Below are positions 57,073-64,000 of a DNA stretch of 64,000 nt, piece by piece. Made by a program: the position numbers and the translations under genes. The DNA lies in contig CAVVCZ010000004.1 in assembly GCA_963746845.1 (NCBI GenBank), forward strand, positions 1,280,001 to 1,344,000, read 5' to 3'. The stretch's first letter is position 1, and each line of letters opens with the position of its first letter. Below the pieces are notes generated by a model, which did no database searches, was not told where the DNA came from, and saw nothing but the letters and a program-made list of their open reading frames with translations. The DNA comes from an uncultured Chloroflexia bacterium (GTDB lineage: Bacteria > Chloroflexota > Limnocylindria > Limnocylindrales > CSP1-4).

Positions 57073-58911
57073 TTGGCCTCCCGTCCCGGTGCTTCCGGCA
57101 CGTCCGGCACGTCCGGCGGACCGTCCCAACCCAACGACGCAGACTACGGCTACGACCGCGAGCACCTGCCGGACATGATCGCCTTGGCAGCGCGGCAGCG
57201 AGCAAAGGACGAGATCTTCGTCGACCTCCTTGCGCGGCAGCTGCGGCCGGGCCCCGTCCTCGAGATCGGCGCGGGGTGCGGACAGATCGCCGAGATGCTC
57301 GCGGAGCGTGGATGGTCGGTCGTCGCCTCCGACATCGAGCCCTTCTTCGTCGAGTACATGCGGTCGCGCGGTCTTGACGCCCGGGTGCTCGACGCCCTCG
57401 ACCTGCCCCCGCAGCCGGTCCCGCCGATGAATGTCGTCACGACAGGGCTGTCGCCGCTGATCCACCACGACGAGGAAGCGATCCATCGAGCCTACCGCTC
57501 GATCGCCCGGGTCCTCGCGCCGGGCGGACGGTTCGTCTTCATCCATCCCTCGCACATCGTTCACAACCCGTGGAGCCCGGCGAGCACGCACATCAGGGTG
57601 GCCGAGGTCGAGGGTCTGCGTCTCGTCCGGCGCTTCCGGAACCAGGCCCTGCCGTCCAGGGCGTATGCCCACTTGCCGCGTTCCCTGTCCGAGATGATCG
57701 AGGCCAGCCTGGGCCGCCTCGTGGGCGTCCGCTGGGTGCTCGTCTTCGAGCGACCCCAGCGACCGTCCGCCGGGAGATCGAGCGCCACGGGGATCGCCAT
57801 GAGGATTGAGTTCGTTCGGCGTGGTCCCGAGCATCTCGAGGCGATCCGCGCGTTCAACGGCCGCCTCGAGGCAGGCGGGGTCAAGGAACGATTCGGCATC
57901 GCGACCCTCCTTGCCGAGGAGCCGACGCGTTCGCGGGTCGCGGGATCGGGGATCGACTACGAGGCCTTCGTCGCGCTGGAGGGCGAGGCCGTCCGCGGCG
58001 GATATTCCATCAAGCACCAGCGGTTCTTGATCGGCGGCCGGGAGGTGTCGATCGGGTTCCTCGGGCACCCAATCTCCGAGGGCACGATCGATGGTCGCTA
58101 TGCCCTCGTGGGGCCGCGGCTGCTGAGGGACGCCCTGGCGCGGCAGCCGATGCTCTATGCCCTCGGGATCGGCGGACGCGACGTGGCCATCGCGCGTCTG
58201 CTGTCGCGGGCGGGGTTCGAGCTGCAGGAGGTCCCGTTCGCCTTCCGCGTCGAGAACGTTCGACCGTTCCTCCGCGAGATCTCCGTCCTCCGGACCAGTC
58301 GGTCCCGGCGCCTCGCTGCGCGAGCAGGTGCGACGACAGGGGCCGGCTGGATTGCGATTCAGGCCCTCCAGCATCGGCGCAAACGGCTCGTGCGTACGAC
58401 CGTGCGCAGCCGCGTCGTCGTGGAGTTGGCGCCGTGGGCGGACGCGATCTGGACGCAGTGCCGCGGCCGGTTCGCATTCGCCGCCGTCCGTGACGCTGCG
58501 GCGATCCGGGAGATGTACGACGCGTCAGATGATCCGTTCGTGCGGCTGGTGCTCGAAGCCGCCGGCAAGCCGGTCGGCTGGGTCGTGTGCCTGTCGAGGC
58601 AGTTCCGCGACCATCGGTACTTCGGCAACCTGAAGGTCGGATCGATCGTGGACTGCGTTGTCGTGGCCGGGTTCGAGACGGCCGTTCTGGGGGCCGCGAT
58701 TCGACAGTTGCGCGATGAGGACGTCGATCTCGTTGTCACCAACCAGTCCTTCGGGCCAATCCGCGCGGCGCTGCGTGCGACCGGCTTCCTTGACGGGCCG
58801 TCGAACTTCCTGTTCGGTCCGTCGCCACAGCTCGCGACCGCGATGGGAGCCGCCGGGCTGGACATGTTCCAGCTCACGCGAGGGGATGGTGAGGGGCCGG
58901 TCAATCTCTGA
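57073..58911 (+). CDS. Class I SAM methyltransferase in frame with a GNAT-like domain (fusion, or two genes; second ATG 57799)
   Basis: VLEIGAGCG, VVASD, VLAPGGRFVF; C-terminal half RGGYSIKHQ...ISEG...ALGIGG...LTRGDGEGP. Confidence 0.7.
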   Translation: MASRPGASGTSGTSGGPSQPNDADYGYDREHLPDMIALAARQRAKDEIFVDLLARQLRPGPVLEIGAGCGQIAEMLAERGWSVVASDIEPFFVEYMRSRGLDARVLDALDLPPQPVPPMNVVTTGLSPLIHHDEEAIHRAYRSIARVLAPGGRFVFIHPSHIVHNPWSPASTHIRVAEVEGLRLVRRFRNQALPSRAYAHLPRSLSEMIEASLGRLVGVRWVLVFERPQRPSAGRSSATGIAMRIEFVRRGPEHLEAIRAFNGRLEAGGVKERFGIATLLAEEPTRSRVAGSGIDYEAFVALEGEAVRGGYSIKHQRFLIGGREVSIGFLGHPISEGTIDGRYALVGPRLLRDALARQPMLYALGIGGRDVAIARLLSRAGFELQEVPFAFRVENVRPFLREISVLRTSRSRRLAARAGATTGAGWIAIQALQHRRKRLVRTTVRSRVVVELAPWADAIWTQCRGRFAFAAVRDAAAIREMYDASDDPFVRLVLEAAGKPVGWVVCLSRQFRDHRYFGNLKVGSIVDCVVVAGFETAVLGAAIRQLRDEDVDLVVTNQSFGPIRAALRATGFLDGPSNFLFGPSPQLATAMGAAGLDMFQLTRGDGEGPVNL

Positions 58912-58991
58912 GTCGCGGCGACGCCTGCGAACCGCCGGGGCGAGCGGGCCCGGTCAGGTTCGTGCGACGCGCCGTGCCAGAATGCAGGGCC

Positions 58992-60042
58992 ATGGGGACG
59001 ACGGCGACAACCGCGGGCGCGGCTGGCACGACCGAACATCCGGACGGGCTGGCCGGGGACTCGACGGGCCCGCCATCGACTCCCGGCACGCGACGCCGGG
59101 CGGTCTTCCGGCGTGCGATCCGCCACGAGATCAACCGCCTCCACGACCCGCGCCGGATCCTCGCGATGACGATCCTGATCGTCGTCTTCGGGTCGTTGGC
59201 GGCCGGGATCGTCGCCCGGGGCGAACCGGCGGGCGCAGATGCCCGCGCGTACTGGGCGGCGGTCCGGATCTGGCTCGGCGGCGGCGATCCGTACCGCCCG
59301 ACCGGCCCGTTCCTCCCGTACGTCTACGCGCCGTGGATGCTGCCGGCGTTCGCGCCGTGGGCGCTCCTGCCATGGGACGTCGCCTGGTACGTGTGGCGCG
59401 GGGGCACGATCCTCGCCCTGCTCTGGTCGATCCACTGGGCGTACTCGCGCCGCCCGCTGATGACGGCGGTGACTGATCCTGATCCTCGGCTTCCCGATCG
59501 GCGCGAACCTCGACACCGGCAACATCAACCTGCCCCTGACCCTCCTGCTGTTCGGGGCCCAGTTCAGCGGTCCGCTGCTGGCCGGGGCGATCTGGGCGAT
59601 GGCGACATGGATGAAGTGGGTGCCCGTCGTCTTCATCCTCGTCCTCGCCCCGCGCGCGCGGCTGTGGGGACTCCTGATCCTGGCGATCTCGGTCGTCCTC
59701 AGCCTCGCAACATTGCCCGAGACGATCGCCCAGTTCGAGGCCCTGGTCGGGTTCGGGCGCCGGCCGATCCGCCTCGACTACCTTGTCTTCCTGTGGGCGC
59801 TCGTGCCGGTCCTGTGGCGCAAGACCCACCCCCTGGAGTGGTTCACCCTCAGCTGGTGGCGCGGCCGATGGGAAGCGCTCCAGCACGAGCGGCGGTCGTG
59901 GACCCGCCGGGTCCGCGGCTGGGTCGGCGTGCCCCACGGCTCGCCACGCGACCGGCGGCCGTCCACCCCGACGACACCGCCGGCGGCGGCGCGCACCGAG
60001 GCCGTCGAGCCGCCGGCCATCGAGGCCGGCGACCCGGGCTGA
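58992..60042 (+). pseudogene. Glycosyltransferase family 87 (DUF2029)-like, frameshifted near 59472
   Basis: ADARAYW, GGDPY, YVYAPW in one frame; NLDTGNIN, WMKWVP in the next; removing one A in GTGACTGATC joins them. Confidence 0.75.
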
Positions 60043-61383
60043 TCAGGCGGCCGCCGCGCTCGGCGGCTCGGCGCGTCCCGATCGGACCGGCTCGCGGACC
60101 GGCCGCAGCAGGACGATCGCGACGATGTAATACGCGGCGCCGAGCAGGTATGCGACGCGCGGTCCCGTCCCGACCCCGTACACGTTGTTGAAGAAATCCA
60201 GGATCAGTCCGCCGGAGGCGACCGCCAGGAGGGACGCGGATCCCGTCGCGACGTTCGAGAGGCCCATATACCGCCCGGACGACGCCTTCGGGATGATGTC
60301 GGTCATGAGCGCCCAGTCGACGGCGAGGAACATGCCCGCCGATGCGCCGAACAGGAGCCCGCCGAGCAGCGCAAGCGGCACGTTCGGAGCCACGGCCGCG
60401 ATCGTGACGCCGACGAAGCCGATGACGCAGCTCGCGTAGATCACGGGCTTGCGCCCGATCCGATCCGACACCCGGGCGGCTGGCACGATCGCGACGAGGT
60501 TGCCGAGCACGACGAGGATCAGCAGGACGAAGTTCGTGTTGTTCGCCTCCGTCTGCGTCATCCCGTGCGACTGATGGAGGTACGTGATGATGTAGTTGAC
60601 GAGCACGGAGCCGCCCATCAGGAAGAACAGGCGCGACGCGACGAGCCAGACGTACGACCGCTCACGCAGGATGTCGGTGCCCCAGGTCTCGCGGGCGATC
60701 GTCCCCCACGACCGGCCCTCGCGATCACGTGGGGGTTGGCCGCGGCCGACCCGGAGCACGACCGCGAGCATCGTGACCAGCTCGACGATCGCGACGGCCG
60801 CGATGGCGAGCTCGATCCGGCCGATCGCGACGGCCAGGGTGACGAGGAGGAAGCCCGTCACGTTGCCCAGGATCTGCATGAGCCCCACCATCGAGCTCGC
60901 GAGGCCCACCTGCGGCTCCGGCACGAGGTCCGGGACGTAGCCCTGGAACGGGCCGCGGGCGATGTTCGTGCTGAACGCCAGCAGGGCAACGAACGTCGCG
61001 AGGATCACGACGTCGTTCGCGGTCGCGATCCCGGCGAGGAACACCAGATCGAGCAACGACCCGACGACGATGTACGGCTTGCGCCGACCCCACTTGCTGA
61101 CGGTGAAGTCACTGATGTAGCCGACCGTCGGCTGGACGAGGATCCCGATGATCGCGGTCGGAATGGAGATCAGGAACGAGATCCGCCCGACGTCGAGTGC
61201 CGTGGCGAACCCGCCGAAGTTCAGGCGGTTCTGGATGAACAGGCCGACGGCGCCGTCGATCGCGGTCAGGCCGAGCCAGTAGAGCGAGATCCGCGCGAGA
61301 TGCCCCATCGGCAGCCGGAGGGTCGGCCGAAACCCGGCGCCGCCGCCCTCGAGCACCACGGCGCCGGACGCGAGATCGGTCAC
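60043..61383 (-). CDS. MFS transporter (SLC45/sucrose-like)
   Basis: GYISDFTVSKWGRRKPY, DLVP, VSDRIGRK, AVDWAL, GRYMG. Confidence 0.9.
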   Translation of the reverse strand: MTDLASGAVVLEGGGAGFRPTLRLPMGHLARISLYWLGLTAIDGAVGLFIQNRLNFGGFATALDVGRISFLISIPTAIIGILVQPTVGYISDFTVSKWGRRKPYIVVGSLLDLVFLAGIATANDVVILATFVALLAFSTNIARGPFQGYVPDLVPEPQVGLASSMVGLMQILGNVTGFLLVTLAVAIGRIELAIAAVAIVELVTMLAVVLRVGRGQPPRDREGRSWGTIARETWGTDILRERSYVWLVASRLFFLMGGSVLVNYIITYLHQSHGMTQTEANNTNFVLLILVVLGNLVAIVPAARVSDRIGRKPVIYASCVIGFVGVTIAAVAPNVPLALLGGLLFGASAGMFLAVDWALMTDIIPKASSGRYMGLSNVATGSASLLAVASGGLILDFFNNVYGVGTGPRVAYLLGAAYYIVAIVLLRPVREPVRSGRAEPPSAAAA

Positions 61384-61459
61384 GTGCCTACCCTCAGCTC
61401 CCCGAACCACGCGCGTCTGCGCGCAAGCCTACGACGCCCGTCGAGCCCGGACGTTGCAA

Positions 61460-62176
61460 TCAGGCTGCGGCGGCGGCGGTCCCGTCCGGGGCGAGGTCGA
61501 CCGCGATCCCCGGACGCACGAGGCGCCGGTCGGAGGCATCGGGCGCGACGAGCTGGAACAGCGAGCGGTCGATCGAGTAGAGCGCGGTCGAGGCGATCCC
61601 GATCCGCCCGAGGCGGAACGTGAAGACCGGGTTCTCGGCATTGCCCGCGTAGTGGACGACCGAGCCGTCGCGGGCGAGCGTCGCGAGATTCGCCTGTCCC
61701 GGGAACGTCCGATGGAGCTGGCGGAGGGCAGCGGCCGCAGTCGGGCAGTCGTCCCACGCATCCTCGAGCCAGCGGGCACCGACCTCCGTGTCCGCCCGGC
61801 CGAAGATCCGGCCCAGGGCCTGGTAGCGCCGGCGGGTCTCGGCGACCCCCTGGAGATCGCCGTTGTGGCTGAAGACGAACCGGCCGGCCGGATCCGCGAA
61901 CGGCTGCGTGTCGGCGAGCTGGAGGGTCGACAGCTTCGAGGGTCGGCGCAGGTGGACCAGGAGGCTCGTCGTCTCGTTCGCCCCGACATCGGACGCTCCC
62001 GGATCGTCGGCGAAGGACCGGACATCGCGATGGCTCTCGATCGTCCCGTCGGCCCTCAGCCAGGCAGCTCCCCACCCGAACCCGGCCATCCCGAAGTGTT
62101 CGAGCCGCCGGGTGAACGCCCACAGCTCGTCGATCCGGAACGGCTCGCCCGCCCGGGCGACGTAGTGCTCACACAC
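61460..62176 (-). CDS. Class II glutamine amidotransferase-like protein (YafJ/EgtC/DUG3 type)
   Basis: N-terminal Cys2, GWGAAW, HLRR, DTQPF, FSHNG, ADTE. Confidence 0.8.
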   Translation of the reverse strand: MCEHYVARAGEPFRIDELWAFTRRLEHFGMAGFGWGAAWLRADGTIESHRDVRSFADDPGASDVGANETTSLLVHLRRPSKLSTLQLADTQPFADPAGRFVFSHNGDLQGVAETRRRYQALGRIFGRADTEVGARWLEDAWDDCPTAAAALRQLHRTFPGQANLATLARDGSVVHYAGNAENPVFTFRLGRIGIASTALYSIDRSLFQLVAPDASDRRLVRPGIAVDLAPDGTAAAAA

Positions 62177-62203
62177 GGCGGCGATGATACGCGCGGTCCC
62201 GGC

Positions 62204-62497
62204 TCAGCCGCCGTGTCGCGCCCGCATGGCCCCGTCGTAGTCCGGGAAGTAGCGCGCGATGTCGGTCAGATCGAACGACCGAAGGATCAACTCGGGCGGC
62301 TCGCGCTCCAGGAGGAACGCGAACGAGGCCTGGACGAGACCGGCCGGGTCCGCGGCGCCGGGATCGAGGCGGTCGAGATCCGCCGAGCGGACGTCGACAC
62401 GATGCGTCGAGATCTCGCCGCCCTCGTCGTCAATGGTCACCGTGCAGGTCCAGCCGCGCTCGCGGCCTCCATCACAACGAACGCCGATCGCGGCCAT
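62204..62497 (-). CDS. Hypothetical protein
   Basis: LVQASFAFLLEREPPELILRSFDL..IARYFPDY; overlaps the nei end. Confidence 0.75.
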   Translation of the reverse strand: MAAIGVRCDGGRERGWTCTVTIDDEGGEISTHRVDVRSADLDRLDPGAADPAGLVQASFAFLLEREPPELILRSFDLTDIARYFPDYDGAMRARHGG

Positions 62498-63281
62498 CCT
62501 CTTCTCCCTGGCAGACCGGGCACCAGTATGTCGTCCGCGGGAGCTCCGACTTCAGTGGTCCCGACCGAACGAGAGCGCCGCAGCGCCGGCAGGGCCGGCC
62601 GGATCGACGATAGACCGACATCGGCCCGATCCCGGCGGGGGACTCGACGCTCGCGCGCAGCTTCAGCCGGGCTGTCGCGACCAGTCGGGCCAGCGTCGCG
62701 TCGTCCACGTCCGCGATGCGCGCCCAGGGATGGACCCGCTCCGCGAACAGCGTCTCGTTCCGCCAGATGTTGCCGATCCCGGCGAGCGCCTGCTGGTCGA
62801 GGAGCGCCTCGGAGATGGTCCAGCTCGCACGGGACGGGTCGCGCAGCCGGCGAAGGGCCTCGGCCCCGTGGTCGGGGCCCCATCCGTCGTCCAGCAGGTC
62901 CGGACCGAGCCGCGCCAGCGTCGGATGGATCGCCTCTGTGCGCGTCTCGAACAGCTCGACCACGGGGGCGTCGAAACAGACCGCGACCGCGCCCGGGACC
63001 TCGAGGACGAGCCGGGCGCGGGACGGCGGCCTGCGCCACCGCTCGCCCGGGCGGTAGCGGTGCCACGAGCCCGTCATCCGGAGGTGCGACCGGAGCTCCA
63101 GCCCGTTGTCGAAGCGGATCAGGAGGTTCTTGCCCGCCGCCTCGACCGACACGATCGTCGCGCCGACAACCCGCTCGATCTGCGGCCCGCCCGGTCGCGC
63201 GGTCGCCGCCGTGACGGGTCGCCCGACGAGGTACGGTGCAAGGCCGGCGGCGGTCCGTCGGAGGGTGTCGCCCTCAGGCAC
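62472..63281 (-). CDS. nei: Fpg/Nei family DNA glycosylase
   Basis: MPEG, GKNL, HLRMTG, LGPD, LLDQ..LAGIGN, CRRC...WCPVCQ. Confidence 0.93.
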   Translation of the reverse strand: MPEGDTLRRTAAGLAPYLVGRPVTAATARPGGPQIERVVGATIVSVEAAGKNLLIRFDNGLELRSHLRMTGSWHRYRPGERWRRPPSRARLVLEVPGAVAVCFDAPVVELFETRTEAIHPTLARLGPDLLDDGWGPDHGAEALRRLRDPSRASWTISEALLDQQALAGIGNIWRNETLFAERVHPWARIADVDDATLARLVATARLKLRASVESPAGIGPMSVYRRSGRPCRRCGALVRSGPLKSELPRTTYWCPVCQGEEDGRDRRSL

Positions 63282-64000
63282 GCGCGCGTCGGAGGACGAG
63301 CCCGCGGTAGCCGGGCACGAACCCGGCCGCGATCAGCCGGTCGCGGACGGGCGCGGACCCGACCGGCTCCCCGTCGACCTTCGTGATCACGAGCTCCCGG
63401 ATCCGCCCGTCGGCGACGAGAACGTCGAGGGCGCGCGCGGCCGTCACCGCGACGTCCGGGTCGTCGCCCGCCGGCAGGACCTGGAGCGACCCGCCGCCGC
63501 GTTCCAGGTACAGCGCCGCGACGCCATCGACGAGGACGACGTAGGCGCCCGCAGCGCGCTGGAGTGGTCGGCGATCGTTCTCGCCGCGCCGCGGCCACGG
63601 GATGGCGGCGCCGTACGGGTTCGCGGGGTCGGCGGCGGCGAGGAGATGGACCGCGACCTCGTCCGGTCCGCGGGCGGCATCGCGCACGGATCGCAGCCGT
63701 TCGATCGCCCCTGCCTGGGCGAACTGGGCGGCGCCGAGCCCGTCGACGAAGTAGCCCCGCCGGATCCGGCCGGCCTCCTCGAGGGCCCGGAGGACCGGGT
63801 AGACACCCGAGAAGCCGCCGTCGACCGACTCCCCGGCGACCCCGTCACGGGTCACGATCCCCTGGCGGTCGAGCAGGGCCAGGGCGGCGGCGTGGGCGCG
63901 TTCGGTCGGGGTCCCGGCGGCGGGCTCCAGGAGGGACCAGCGACCGGCCGCCTCGGGCGGACCGAGCGAGGTCAGACGACCGGGCCGGCGGCGGACGTCG
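63274..64000 (-). CDS. lhr: Lhr-family helicase, C-terminal part (5' end outside window)
   Basis: GRWSL, LLDRQGIVTR, GGFSGVYPVL, RRGYFVDGLGAAQFA, AADPANPYG; stop overlaps the nei start. Confidence 0.88.
   Translation of the reverse strand, partial: DVRRRPGRLTSLGPPEAAGRWSLLEPAAGTPTERAHAAALALLDRQGIVTRDGVAGESVDGGFSGVYPVLRALEEAGRIRRGYFVDGLGAAQFAQAGAIERLRSVRDAARGPDEVAVHLLAAADPANPYGAAIPWPRRGENDRRPLQRAAGAYVVLVDGVAALYLERGGGSLQVLPAGDDPDVAVTAARALDVLVADGRIRELVITKVDGEPVGSAPVRDRLIAAGFVPGYRGLVLRRARA

Overview
High-GC (roughly 70%, by eye) bacterial chromosome segment. The gene set (T-box-controlled trp operon, greA-lysS-serS, Lhr-Nei, many apparently leaderless genes) suggests a Chloroflexota-like organism, possibly Limnocylindria/Ellin6529 (inference only). 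Mostly housekeeping: trpEGDC behind a Trp T-box, tRNA-Ser(UGA), serS, class I lysS, greA, argR, uppP, K+-independent hppA, lepB, ndk, M16 peptidase, BMP-type ABC transporter, coaX-coaBC-panB-panC, gdhA, DegV, lhr-nei. The most unusual part is a cyanophycin region at about 43-56 kb. cphB-cphA-serine hydrolase converge on a second CphA-derived gene that keeps the N-terminal beta-strand motif and a complete Mur-ligase module but lacks the whole ATP-grasp domain. That gene is divergent from an M20 peptidase-RidA pair and lies near GGT, MFS and AzlCD genes. Other points: a greA leader terminator, tandem OsdR/DosR-like palindromes, a charge-depleted orphan Mrp/Nuo-like module, a zf-UBP/HA fusion, a membrane ORF that continues in frame across a UAG, and several probable single-base indels. 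No CRISPR array, rRNA or transposase was seen.
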